Shown here in pieces: positions 46,854 to 56,776 of a DNA stretch of 64,000 bases; the stretch's first letter is position 1; every line of letters begins with the position of its first letter. The notes below the pieces were generated by a model. The model was given only the letters and a program-made list of their open reading frames with translations. It made no database searches and was not told the DNA's origin. Position numbers and translations under genes: made by a program. This stretch comes from an uncultured Arcobacteraceae bacterium (lineage in GTDB: Bacteria; Campylobacterota; Campylobacteria; Campylobacterales; Arcobacteraceae), in the NCBI GenBank assembly GCA_964022095.1, contig CAXHZO010000002.1, positions 160,001-224,000 on the forward strand, in the 5' to 3' direction.

Positions 46854-48122
46854 TTATAGTATTACTATTCCTAAAACTCTATTTAAAATATTGTTATTTT
46901 CATCAAAATCTTTTAAGTGTTTTCCAGGTTCTAATGTAGTAATTGTAGCTTTTCCTACAATGTGTCTATACTTCTTCCCCCATTTGTTTTTTAGTCTTAC
47001 ACTCCACATATTGTGCATAACTAAGGGCTCATCTTCATTTTGACCAATATAAAGCATGATATGACCTTTTAAATAAACCAAAGTAGAAAAAGGAACACCA
47101 TGTTTTTTTATGAACTCTTTTTTTTCTTTTTTATTTAGTTTTGATACATCTAGATATTCACCATTTTTTATTTGTGCTTTTGAGTTTCTATGCAAATATT
47201 TACCAAAAGGAGTAAAAAAATCCTGAGTAAAACTTGAACAATCTCTGTTGTTTAGAAGTCCACCCCATCCATAAGGTTCATTCATCATCTCTTTTGCTAT
47301 TTTAACTCTATTATCTTTATTAAAAGCAATTGGCATTTTTTCAACTTCATTTGTTAAATCAACATGAATTAATTTGGCATTTTGATTAAAATCAGGTTTT
47401 GCAATCATATATCCATTTTCATCTTTTGGAAATATTGTTCCTATTTTTACATACTCTCTAAAGATTACATCATAAACTGGAAACTTTTCTTTTGTAGCTA
47501 CATAGTAATTATTATTTTTAAATTTAGAAATAAACTCTTCATTTACAAAAGCAATATCACTAATACTTACCCATCCTCCAACAATTGAAGCTTGAATGTA
47601 TGCCCAAGCTTTATCTTTTGAGAAGTGAGAAACAATAATAGGTGTGTTCATTTTTAAAAGAGAGTTTTGATTATAATCAAAAGGAAACCCTTCACCTGGC
47701 TTTTTAGGATTATAAAACATCACTGATTTTGTTGGTAAAACTCTAACATTACTATTTATTAGTGTAATTGCTTTTTTGTTTATAGTGTTATACTCTTCAA
47801 AATTTGAATTATCAATTTGTTTTTCAAACCACTTTTTGCTTGCAAGTTTATGGTTTTCTAAATAGATTTTTTTAAATTTATACCCATGTCCCCACATAGC
47901 ATCAGTTTTACTAGATGTAAGTTTACTTAAACTCCATGGAGCAAAATATTTTTTATAATAGTTATTTGCTTCTTTTTGTTGATTTAAAGTAGGTTCATCA
48001 ATGTTTTGATTAATTTTTCCTAAATCTTTTTTATTAAAATCATTTGGATTTTTTATTGAACAAGCTGTGAAAAAGACTGTTATTGTTAAAGCTAAAGTTA
48101 GTGCTTTGTAGTTAAATTTCAT
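46854..48122 (-). CDS. SH3-domain NlpC/P60 peptidoglycan endopeptidase lipoprotein
   Basis: FTAC lipobox, PYGWGG..RDCSSF, GHIMLYIG. Confidence 0.88.
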   Translation of the reverse strand: MKFNYKALTLALTITVFFTACSIKNPNDFNKKDLGKINQNIDEPTLNQQKEANNYYKKYFAPWSLSKLTSSKTDAMWGHGYKFKKIYLENHKLASKKWFEKQIDNSNFEEYNTINKKAITLINSNVRVLPTKSVMFYNPKKPGEGFPFDYNQNSLLKMNTPIIVSHFSKDKAWAYIQASIVGGWVSISDIAFVNEEFISKFKNNNYYVATKEKFPVYDVIFREYVKIGTIFPKDENGYMIAKPDFNQNAKLIHVDLTNEVEKMPIAFNKDNRVKIAKEMMNEPYGWGGLLNNRDCSSFTQDFFTPFGKYLHRNSKAQIKNGEYLDVSKLNKKEKKEFIKKHGVPFSTLVYLKGHIMLYIGQNEDEPLVMHNMWSVRLKNKWGKKYRHIVGKATITTLEPGKHLKDFDENNNILNRVLGIVIL

Positions 48123-48180
48123 ATAAATACGACCTTCTAAAAATTTAGAAGATTGTATCTAAATATAATTATTTAAATAA

Positions 48181-49341
48181 TTAAAATTGAAATTTTTTAT
48201 TTAATTTGAAGAAATATAATACAGTTTTATATTGAACAAATATAAACGGTAACATTAAAGCAAAATAAGCAATAGAATATTTAGTTATAATTCCATTAAA
48301 TGTAAGTCCAAAGTTAATAAAAAACATTCCTAAAACCATAAAAGCAACACCTGGACAAATAAGTGCAAATGATATAGAAGATCTATCTTCAGAGTGAATA
48401 TATTTATCAAAATAACCAATGCTTTTCATGATTTTGTATCCAAGTAGTCCAAATAATATCTGTAAAGATAATATTGCTGATAATGTAATAAATAGATTTG
48501 TTTTTTGTATAGGGTCTTGGAAGTTATGATCTAATCCAAATGATAATCTTACAAATGTTATACCTAATAGTGTTAAAATAGGTATTATAATCCATAATGA
48601 AGGTGATGCTTCTATTGATATACCATTTTTAAATATACTTTTAATTCCAATAGTTAATTTAATAAATATTAATAAAATTGCTAATGAAGCAAAAAATATT
48701 GACCCAAAAAATGCAATGGCATTAATTACAATATTGTGACTCATCGCTGCAGGTGCTGCAAATCCAACTGCAACCATTGAAAAAGCGAAGATTGACATCA
48801 TTTGTGATAAGTTGTTATTTGTAGCAAAATCAAAATCACCTTTAATAATAAGTCTTGAAAAGTAATCAGAAAATATTTTTAAAGCAAAATACCCAGTTAC
48901 AATAAATCCAATAAGTGCAAATGGAAATAAAAATTGAACAATTCCCCATAATCCTGGAATAAATACAGCACCTAAAACAAAACAAACATTAATAGTCATT
49001 GTAAAAGTTAATGGAATAGCCATTAAACTTACCTGTGCATTTGAATTTTTCAAGTTTTCATATTCAACTGTTTTTTTATATTGATTAAACTGTTTTATAT
49101 TGAAAATTAATAGTTTAAAATGAAAAAATGCAAATGTTATTATAAATACAAGTGAAAAAGCAATTACATAAGATAACCAATCACCTTTTAATAGTGCTGG
49201 TAAAATTATATCAAACGTTGGCATCGGTGTTTTTGGATGAGGAACTAGGAACATTAAATACATAAAAAATGAAACACTTAATCCTCCTGCACCTAATGAA
49301 GCTAAGAAGCACATTGGTGAAAAGTTTTTTCTATAAGTCAT
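48181..49341 (-). CDS. Polytopic membrane protein, TsoY-like (Cys form)
   Basis: SPMCFLASLGAGGLSVSFFMYLMF, MTINVCF, ALICPGVA; about 10 TMs. Family name recalled, not searched. Confidence 0.55.
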   Translation of the reverse strand: MTYRKNFSPMCFLASLGAGGLSVSFFMYLMFLVPHPKTPMPTFDIILPALLKGDWLSYVIAFSLVFIITFAFFHFKLLIFNIKQFNQYKKTVEYENLKNSNAQVSLMAIPLTFTMTINVCFVLGAVFIPGLWGIVQFLFPFALIGFIVTGYFALKIFSDYFSRLIIKGDFDFATNNNLSQMMSIFAFSMVAVGFAAPAAMSHNIVINAIAFFGSIFFASLAILLIFIKLTIGIKSIFKNGISIEASPSLWIIIPILTLLGITFVRLSFGLDHNFQDPIQKTNLFITLSAILSLQILFGLLGYKIMKSIGYFDKYIHSEDRSSISFALICPGVAFMVLGMFFINFGLTFNGIITKYSIAYFALMLPFIFVQYKTVLYFFKLNKKFQF

Positions 49342-49503
49342 AAATTCTCCTTTTAATTTTTGAGATTGTACCTATTATTATTTTAAATACTTATAAATAT
49401 TATATAAGTATTAATTATAATAGTATTATTGAAACTTATCTCTTATATAAATTACTAAGTTATTTGTCGCTATAGTAAAAAATATTTTAACGGAAAAAGA
49501 TTT

Positions 49504-50346
49504 ATGCATAAAATTTCAGTCTCAAAAGAGCAGTTTGAAAACATATTGTTAAAAAAAACTAATCTTTTAAAAAAAGAGAATAGTAAGTACTGGAAAAAAG
49601 AATTAATAGATGCAAGAATCGTCAATAATAAACTCTCTTATAGTGTAAAGAAAGTTGATAAATTGACTCTTACAAACGGATTAGGTGACGATAAGCCATT
49701 AATGATTGTTGAGTGCTTAGATATTGTTTATGCTCCATCTAAGGAGTGTTTTGAATTTCATTTAGGAAAAGTTTTAGAGCAAAAGAACACTCAAATGCAA
49801 GAGGGATATAAAGATATATTAATTGAAAGATTAATAAAAGAGAAACTACAGTTAGAAAATAGTTTGAGTTTAGATCATTTGACTCAAGTATTTAATAGAA
49901 GAAAAATGGAAAGTGATTTAGATAGATTTATTAATCAAAAAAACTCTTTTATGTTAAGTGCTATATTTATTGATGTTGATAGATTCAAAGGGATAAATGA
50001 TAACTTTGGACATGATACAGGAGATAAAGTTTTAAAGCATATTGGTAAAAAATTAAAGTTTTATGCAAAAGAGTTAAATGGAGAAGTTTATCGATATGGA
50101 GGAGAAGAGTTTGTAATTTTTGCTTTTATTGCAAAAGATAGAATTCTTGATATTTTAAATAAACTTAGAATAGATATTAAATCTGAAAAAATATATCATC
50201 CTAAAAGAGATATTTCTATAAGTGTTAGTATGGGAATTTCATATTATGATAATTATAAAGATAAAAACCTATTTATCAAAAATGCTGATTTAGCTGTTTA
50301 TGAAGCTAAAAGAAATGGTAGAGATAGAATTGAATTTGCAATTTAG
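49504..50346 (+). CDS. Diguanylate cyclase with N-terminal ASCH/PUA-like domain
   Basis: DHLTQVFNRR, DVDRFKGINDNFGHDTGD, RYGGEEF, YEAKRNGRDR. Confidence 0.9.
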   Translation: MHKISVSKEQFENILLKKTNLLKKENSKYWKKELIDARIVNNKLSYSVKKVDKLTLTNGLGDDKPLMIVECLDIVYAPSKECFEFHLGKVLEQKNTQMQEGYKDILIERLIKEKLQLENSLSLDHLTQVFNRRKMESDLDRFINQKNSFMLSAIFIDVDRFKGINDNFGHDTGDKVLKHIGKKLKFYAKELNGEVYRYGGEEFVIFAFIAKDRILDILNKLRIDIKSEKIYHPKRDISISVSMGISYYDNYKDKNLFIKNADLAVYEAKRNGRDRIEFAI

Positions 50347-50372
50347 TAGTTAAACATAATTAACTACTAAAT
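50341..50372. terminator. Inverted repeat between convergent genes
   Basis: ATTTAGTAGTTA/TAACTACTAAAT. Confidence 0.65.
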
Positions 50373-50385
50373 TGACTACTTTTTA

Positions 50386-50661
50386 TTATTTGGCAATTTT
50401 ATCTGCAATAGCTTGCATAGTTGCTTCATCCATATTTTTAACTTGATTAATCATTAAAACTTTTTTTGCTCCACCATAAGTTCCATCTTTATAACCTTTT
50501 AATGCAGAAACAAATTGTTCTTTTGTTAATGTATTAATTGCAACTGGTGACATTCCTACTTTTTCACCTGCTGGACCATGACATGCTATACATTTACCAT
50601 AAGGGTTTGCAAATGCAACACAAGCTGTTAATAATGAAGTAGCTAAAATTATTTTTTTCAT
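50386..50661 (-). CDS. Monoheme cytochrome c553
   Basis: Signal peptide, CIACHG, YKDGTYGG....M axial ligand. Confidence 0.92.
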   Translation of the reverse strand: MKKIILATSLLTACVAFANPYGKCIACHGPAGEKVGMSPVAINTLTKEQFVSALKGYKDGTYGGAKKVLMINQVKNMDEATMQAIADKIAK

Positions 50662-50734
50662 TTTTGATTTCCTTTTTATGAAATAGAATACACAATTTTA
50701 TAATAAAAAAGTTAAAATAATATTGATGTGGGTC

Positions 50735-50762
50735 AAATAAAGAGAAGTTATTCTCTTTATTT
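50735..50762 (-). terminator. Hairpin at the end of the glutamate mutase operon
   Basis: AAATAAAGAGAA-gtta-TTCTCTTTATTT. Confidence 0.7.
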
Positions 50763-52328
50763 TGTAGTGATTTCTCTTTTTAATTCTTCTTTATTTATTC
50801 TATTTTTATCAGAAGGTATCAAAGGAAGTGATTTTTTATATACGATTTTAGAAGGGATCATATATGAAGCTAAATGCTTTTTTAATTCAAATAATATTTC
50901 ACTAGAGTTAAGTTCCGATAGTGCAGTATAAACTAAAACTATCTCTTCTTCAATCTCTTCATTTTCAATTGAGAATACTGCACATCTTTCAATTTGCTCA
51001 ATATTTGAATGTACAACTTCTTCAATTTCATATGGATTTACTCTAAATCCTCTTGTTTTAATCATATCATCATGTCTTGATACAAAGAAGAAATATCCCT
51101 CTTCATCTTTATAAACATAATCTCCAGTTTTTACAACAACTTCATCTCTTAGTTGTCCTTCAAGGTTGATTACATTTTTTAAAATATCAATTGACTTAAA
51201 TCTCTCTTGAGTCTCTTTAGGTGCATTCCAAAAACCTTTATAGATATAGCCACCTCTGTGAATTAACTCACCTACAACTCTAGGAGCACATTCCTTTCCA
51301 TTTTCATCTATTACATATAGTTCTACATCAGGAATTGCTTTTCCAATTGATTTTGGTCTAATTTTTAATTGTTCAGGATCTAAATAAGTTGATCTAAATG
51401 CTTCAGTTAAACCATGCATTGAATAAAATTTTGCACCTGTAAAGTATTTTTGTGTATCATCAATCATTTTTTGAGTTACATTTCCACCTGAAGAAGTTAT
51501 GGTTCTCACATTTTTAAGAAGTTCACTACTTGGTAATCTATGTTCATCTTCATCAAACATATCAGATATATTAATAGGCATTATAGGTAATACTGTAATA
51601 TTATCATTTATAATATGATTAAAGAAATCATTTGGTAAAACAAATCTATGAAGAGCTAAAGTTGCTCTTTTATAAAGGGAACAGAAAATTTGATTTAAAC
51701 CATAGTCTAAGTTAAAAATCAAAAGACCAGAAATTACATCTTCTTCTTTTAGCTCTAAATATTGAGATACAACTCTTGCACTGTCAATTAAATTTCTATG
51801 AGAAATTACAATTCCTTTTGGTTTTCCACTAAGTCCAAATGAGTAAGTAATAACTGCATTATCATGTCCATTTACATCACAAGAGTAGGGCTTATTATAA
51901 TATTTGTATATCTCTTCAAATGATGGCAAGTCTTTATGTGTAGTTTCATAAGATACTAAATGACCATCAAATTTAATCTCTTCGATTGATTCTATTTTGA
52001 TCTTATCAGTAATAATACACTTAATATCACAATCTTCAATTATATACTCAACTTGTTCTGGTTTTAGTAGTTTTGTTAGTGGCACTAATACATAATTCGT
52101 TGAAAGTATTGCTAAAATTGCAATTACTTGATCAACACATTTATTAGAGTAAATACCAATTCTACTACCACTTGGCAAATCAAGCTCATCTAAATAATAA
52201 GCAATTTGATTTACTTTAGTAAACAGTTCACTATAAGTTAATTTTTCATTCCCAAATACTAACGCAACTTTGTCTGGGTGCGATACATTTGCATCTTCTA
52301 TTAATGTTCTAATACAATTTATTGACAT
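50757..52328 (-). CDS. AMP-forming adenylation enzyme / acyl-CoA ligase-like
   Basis: GKPKGIVISHRNL, GLTEAFRST, SIGKAIP, TGDYV, RHDDMIKTRGFRV. P-loop is atypical (TYSFGLSG). Confidence 0.85.
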   Translation of the reverse strand: MSINCIRTLIEDANVSHPDKVALVFGNEKLTYSELFTKVNQIAYYLDELDLPSGSRIGIYSNKCVDQVIAILAILSTNYVLVPLTKLLKPEQVEYIIEDCDIKCIITDKIKIESIEEIKFDGHLVSYETTHKDLPSFEEIYKYYNKPYSCDVNGHDNAVITYSFGLSGKPKGIVISHRNLIDSARVVSQYLELKEEDVISGLLIFNLDYGLNQIFCSLYKRATLALHRFVLPNDFFNHIINDNITVLPIMPINISDMFDEDEHRLPSSELLKNVRTITSSGGNVTQKMIDDTQKYFTGAKFYSMHGLTEAFRSTYLDPEQLKIRPKSIGKAIPDVELYVIDENGKECAPRVVGELIHRGGYIYKGFWNAPKETQERFKSIDILKNVINLEGQLRDEVVVKTGDYVYKDEEGYFFFVSRHDDMIKTRGFRVNPYEIEEVVHSNIEQIERCAVFSIENEEIEEEIVLVYTALSELNSSEILFELKKHLASYMIPSKIVYKKSLPLIPSDKNRINKEELKREITTK

Positions 52329-52338
52329 ATTATTCCCT

Positions 52339-53526
52339 TTATTGTTGTGTTATACCTAAAGTCCAAATATCATAATTTGAATCTAAGATAATTGATGGAT
52401 AAACATCTGAAGTTAAAATCTTTTTGTAGAAGAATGAGATAATATCTTCAGTTTCTTCAAAACTAAGTACTTTTGTTATTCCACCTGTTAATACTATTGA
52501 TTTTAGTAAATTTAACTTTAATTTTATATATAAAGGATGAGCTTCACTAACTTTATATAATACTAAGAAAATAGCAAGTTGCATTAATATTCTAGTTGCT
52601 TTTGGTGATTCTTCTTCAAAAATATTCTCTGTAACTTTTAGATGAGCTAATAGTTCATAAACAAACTCATTGTTTTTTGCTGCAAAGATTAATGATTCTT
52701 TAGATTTAAAAACTCCTAGTTTTTTAAATACTAATCTATCATATTCATTTTCAGTCACCATATTATTATCAATTGCTAAGTCTTTAGAGTAGTGAATATC
52801 AGTAGTAGCTCCACCAATATCAATTAGAATAAATGGATTAACTGCCGCAAACTTACTATCAATAAGAGGTAGTGTTTTATTTACAATATATGGAGTTGAG
52901 TATATTTGATTTGAAGTTAGTTCATATAAGTGTTTGATATCTTCTTTACCCATAATATCAGCTTGATAAAGATTAGTTAAGTAATCTTTTAAAGGCTCTT
53001 CAACTACATGAAGTTTATTATCAATAATATTATCAACAACACTTAAATTATCAATTTTTCCTTTTAAGTAATCTTCATCTTTAGATGAACCTGCAAATAC
53101 AATATTTGAGTAGTTTAAATTATCTAAGAAATTAAATAGTTTTTCATCAAATACATCACTAACACTATCAATACCACCAGCAATAATAACTACATCAATT
53201 AAATCACTAGGAATTGAAGCACTATTTATATCTTGATATAAAATAGTATTAATAATATTAATTCCAGAGTTATAAGCAATATTTGTTGCATATTTAAGTG
53301 AAAAAGAGTTTGTAACTCCAATAATAAGTGTTGTTAATCCACCATTTGCAGAAGAACAAATATATACATCTTCTTTTTCAAATTTTGAAATAGTGTCTCC
53401 ACATTTTGAAGTTAAATCTTCAAAGATATCTTTATTAAAATCTCTAAAGTGTTGCTCAACATTTCCATTTGCACAAACTTTAAAGTATGTACTTCCTACA
53501 TCTACTAATAGTTTATTCTCTATCAT
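52339..53526 (-). CDS. glmL: Glutamate mutase accessory/reactivating ATPase
   Basis: VDVGSTYFK, CSSANGGL, IDIGGATTDIHY. Confidence 0.85.
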   Translation of the reverse strand: MIENKLLVDVGSTYFKVCANGNVEQHFRDFNKDIFEDLTSKCGDTISKFEKEDVYICSSANGGLTTLIIGVTNSFSLKYATNIAYNSGINIINTILYQDINSASIPSDLIDVVIIAGGIDSVSDVFDEKLFNFLDNLNYSNIVFAGSSKDEDYLKGKIDNLSVVDNIIDNKLHVVEEPLKDYLTNLYQADIMGKEDIKHLYELTSNQIYSTPYIVNKTLPLIDSKFAAVNPFILIDIGGATTDIHYSKDLAIDNNMVTENEYDRLVFKKLGVFKSKESLIFAAKNNEFVYELLAHLKVTENIFEEESPKATRILMQLAIFLVLYKVSEAHPLYIKLKLNLLKSIVLTGGITKVLSFEETEDIISFFYKKILTSDVYPSIILDSNYDIWTLGITQQ

Positions 53527-54887
53527 TGCATAATTCCTATATCATGAATAATATCATTTACGATTGATGAAGCATCTTTATTTAAGTCACATTGAGATTT
53601 CTCATACTTAAAACATCTATCACTTATTGGTAAATTACCTTTTTTGATGATTCTAATGTTTTTGTTTTTATCTCTAACTGTTACTACTTCATTGTGGTTG
53701 ATAATATGAGGAGAGTATGGACAGTCAATTATTCCTGATTTTATAGAGTTAAATACTTTTCTCCACAATGTATCAGCTTTATCATTGAATACAGCACTCA
53801 TAATACTCATAACTTCTTGAGTTAAAATTTCTTCTTCCATCTCATCTGTAATATCAGGAATCCCTTGAAGCATTCTAAGTGTATATTGAGTGTTTGCAAC
53901 TGTTTTTGCATTTGATTCTCTTGTTGGAATACCAAATGCTTCATCTCTAGTTTTTGTAATGATTTTGTCAGCTTTAACCATTGATGCAATTATTGTTGCA
54001 GTGTTAATTAGTGACTCAGAAAAATCTTTATTTGCAGGGAATGCTCCCATCCACTGATGATATACTAAGTGAATATCTGCATCAGCACAGTTGATTTGTT
54101 CTGCATAATGACGTGCTAGTTTTCTTAAAACTTTTGCTGTAACAATATCTTGAATCATTGATCCAGTTTGTGAAAATGATACAGAGAAAGATTTTACTCC
54201 CTCTTCAAGTGATAATAACATTTCACAAAGTTGAATGACAATAGTAACACAAGGTGGAACAAGTGTTGCAGTTAAAGGACCAAATGATTCTCTATTGATT
54301 GGTTCATTAAGTTTTGAGTAGTTTGCACAAACTCTCTCTACATATTTCCAATATAAAAATGCTTTATCAAGTGGAAAGTTTTTAGAGTATGGTAAAAGGT
54401 AAGTAATTGGACCACCTTCAATTTCAAAGATACCAGAAGCAATAGCAGTTTCAACTAATAGTCTTGCATCAGGAGTACCATGTCTTAATGATATTGGTTT
54501 ATTAAAGTTAGTCATCATTTTTCTAGTAGTTCTATATCCATGGTTAACTAGTGGATAACCATTTAACATATCTACATCATTTTCTTCACTAAGCTTAAGC
54601 ATCTTTGCTGCACTTGTATAGTCATTTAATCTTGTATTTGAATCAACTGTACAAGGTAAAACATCAACATCTGCATCAACGAAAAATTCGTAAAGTGAAA
54701 ACATCTTTTTATAAGTTGGGAATCCACCTCTTGGTTGAACCAACATTTTGTTTTTTGTTTTGAAATTGTGAGAAATAAATAAATCTTTTGAAGCGCCTTT
54801 TACGAACTCTTCAATCTCTGCAAAATCAAAATTATCTGCATATTTATTTTGAACGATTATATTTCGTTCTTCTTGAAGTAAACTCAA
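53523..54887 (-). CDS. glmE: Glutamate (methylaspartate) mutase large subunit E
   Basis: QPRGG, DSNTR, LNGYPLVNHG, RHGTPDAR, EGGPITY, NRESFGPL. Confidence 0.92.
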   Translation of the reverse strand: MSLLQEERNIIVQNKYADNFDFAEIEEFVKGASKDLFISHNFKTKNKMLVQPRGGFPTYKKMFSLYEFFVDADVDVLPCTVDSNTRLNDYTSAAKMLKLSEENDVDMLNGYPLVNHGYRTTRKMMTNFNKPISLRHGTPDARLLVETAIASGIFEIEGGPITYLLPYSKNFPLDKAFLYWKYVERVCANYSKLNEPINRESFGPLTATLVPPCVTIVIQLCEMLLSLEEGVKSFSVSFSQTGSMIQDIVTAKVLRKLARHYAEQINCADADIHLVYHQWMGAFPANKDFSESLINTATIIASMVKADKIITKTRDEAFGIPTRESNAKTVANTQYTLRMLQGIPDITDEMEEEILTQEVMSIMSAVFNDKADTLWRKVFNSIKSGIIDCPYSPHIINHNEVVTVRDKNKNIRIIKKGNLPISDRCFKYEKSQCDLNKDASSIVNDIIHDIGIMQ

Positions 54888-55291
54888 TTTCTCTCCTCCA
54901 AGTATTTTTCTAATTCATTTAGTCCTGTATTTAAATCTACTTGGTGAAATACTAAATCAAAACCATAGTTTTTAAATCTTGGTACGATTTCATCAGCATT
55001 TCCTTCACCAACGGCTAAGTTTCCACCTAGCATAAATACAACATCTTTTAAGTTTTTATATTTTGATTTTAGAATATTTAATTCTCTACACCAACCTTCG
55101 GCTTCCCCGTTAAGTGATGAGATTAACAGCACATCTGCATTTGTTTCAATTACAGCGTCTATAAACTCTTCTAAATAAGTGTTAACACCTAAATTAAATA
55201 CTTCAAATCCTCTTGCTTGTAGTGATATATCAATTAGTCTATTTGCAACTACATGAATATCATTACCAACTACTCCAGTAACTACTTTCAT
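54884..55291 (-). CDS. mamA: Glutamate mutase B12-binding small subunit S
   Basis: GVVGNDIHVVANR (DxH), SSLNG, LGGNL. Confidence 0.9.
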   Translation of the reverse strand: MKVVTGVVGNDIHVVANRLIDISLQARGFEVFNLGVNTYLEEFIDAVIETNADVLLISSLNGEAEGWCRELNILKSKYKNLKDVVFMLGGNLAVGEGNADEIVPRFKNYGFDLVFHQVDLNTGLNELEKYLEERN

Positions 55292-55395
55292 ATCTTTTAC
55301 CTAAATATTTATAATTTTTTTTATTGAAAAGTCAGCGATAATATCTAATTTTCGGTTAGAAAAAGATTAGAATTGAGGGTTTTAAGAGGTTTTAG

Positions 55396-55429
55396 AGATT
55401 TTCTAAGACTAAATAGTCTTAGAAAATCT
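55396..55429 (-). terminator. 15-bp stem spanning the hemN stop codon
   Basis: AGATTTTCTAAGACT-aaat-AGTCTTAGAAAATCT. Confidence 0.6.
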
Positions 55430-56776
55430 TCTTTTTTCTTCAGGAATTCTATTTAAATATGCATCAAATGGCATACAAATATTTCTAATAAGCATAGAAC
55501 CAGTTTGATTTACTTCAATTTTATCATCACTTAATGTTAAAAGTTCAGCTTCTTCGAACTCTTTTAAAGCTTCTAATGCATCACAGAAGTATTCTTTAAA
55601 GTTTACATTAAATTGTTCTTCAACTCTTGTGATGTTCAGTGAGAAATTACTCATAAGTTCCATGATAACAAATTGTCTTAATTGGTCATCATCACTTAGT
55701 CTGTACCCTTTAAATGTTGGTAAATTACCATTATCAATAGCATCTTCCCAAGGTTTTAAATCTTTGAAGTTTTGGGCATAGTAATCAACTCCATTACCAA
55801 TAGAAGTAAGACCAATTCCTATTAAATCAGCTCCACCTTTGGTAGTATAACCTTGGAAGTTTCTATGTAGTTCACCTTTTTTAATTGCTTTAAATAGTTC
55901 ATCTTGAGGTTTTGCAAAATGATCCATTCCTACCATTTCATAACCATTTGATGTAAAGAAATCAATTGTATCTTTTAACATCTCAAGTTTTTCTTGAGGT
56001 TGAGGAAATGTTGTTTCATCAAACTTTCTCATTGTTTTCATAAGCCATGGAACATGAGCATAGTTAAATACTGCAAATCTATCAGTATCTAGTGTAATCA
56101 TTTTTTCTAAAGTCTTTTTAAATGATTCTTTAGTTTGATGTGGTAATCCATAAATTAAGTCCGTATTAATAGAGTGAATTCCAGCTTCTCTAGCTATTTT
56201 AATTACATTTTGAGTTAATTCAAATGGTTGAATTCTATGAATAGTTTTTTGAACAGTCTCATCTAAGTCTTGAACACCAAAACTTAGTCTATTACATCCA
56301 CCTTTTTTAAGAACATCCATGTGTTCTTTAGTGAAAAATCTAGGATCAACTTCACACGAAATTTCAGCATCATCGCTAAAGTTTGGAAAAATTTCTTTTA
56401 TTGCTACAATTACTTCATTTAATTGTTCTGGTGAAAAAAATGTTGGAGTTCCTCCACCAAAGTGCATTTGAGTAACTGTTCTTTGAGTATTAAGATGTTG
56501 TTTTAATATATTTAGCTCTTTTTTTAAATACTCTATATATCTTACTTTTTTATCTTCTTTAGAAGTAAAGATTGTATTACATCCACAAAAATAACAAGCA
56601 CTTCTACAAAATGGCATATGTATATAAAGTGATATTGCCCTATCATCACTTTGATTTTTATAGTAATCTTTTAAATCTTCTTGTGTGAATTGTTCACTAA
56701 ATTCAGGTGCTGTAGGATATGAAGTATATCTTGGACCTGGTTTAGAATATTTTACAAATTTATTAAAGTCAATCAT
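55409..56776 (-). CDS. hemN: Oxygen-independent coproporphyrinogen III oxidase
   Basis: [38 protein letters not shown]. Confidence 0.96.
   Translation of the reverse strand: MIDFNKFVKYSKPGPRYTSYPTAPEFSEQFTQEDLKDYYKNQSDDRAISLYIHMPFCRSACYFCGCNTIFTSKEDKKVRYIEYLKKELNILKQHLNTQRTVTQMHFGGGTPTFFSPEQLNEVIVAIKEIFPNFSDDAEISCEVDPRFFTKEHMDVLKKGGCNRLSFGVQDLDETVQKTIHRIQPFELTQNVIKIAREAGIHSINTDLIYGLPHQTKESFKKTLEKMITLDTDRFAVFNYAHVPWLMKTMRKFDETTFPQPQEKLEMLKDTIDFFTSNGYEMVGMDHFAKPQDELFKAIKKGELHRNFQGYTTKGGADLIGIGLTSIGNGVDYYAQNFKDLKPWEDAIDNGNLPTFKGYRLSDDDQLRQFVIMELMSNFSLNITRVEEQFNVNFKEYFCDALEALKEFEEAELLTLSDDKIEVNQTGSMLIRNICMPFDAYLNRIPEEKRRFSKTI

Noticed and set aside
55292-55408. Possible cobalamin riboswitch before the mutase operon
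   Set aside because: Only ~115 nt, AT-rich, no B12-box or GGGAA/GCCACTG elements.
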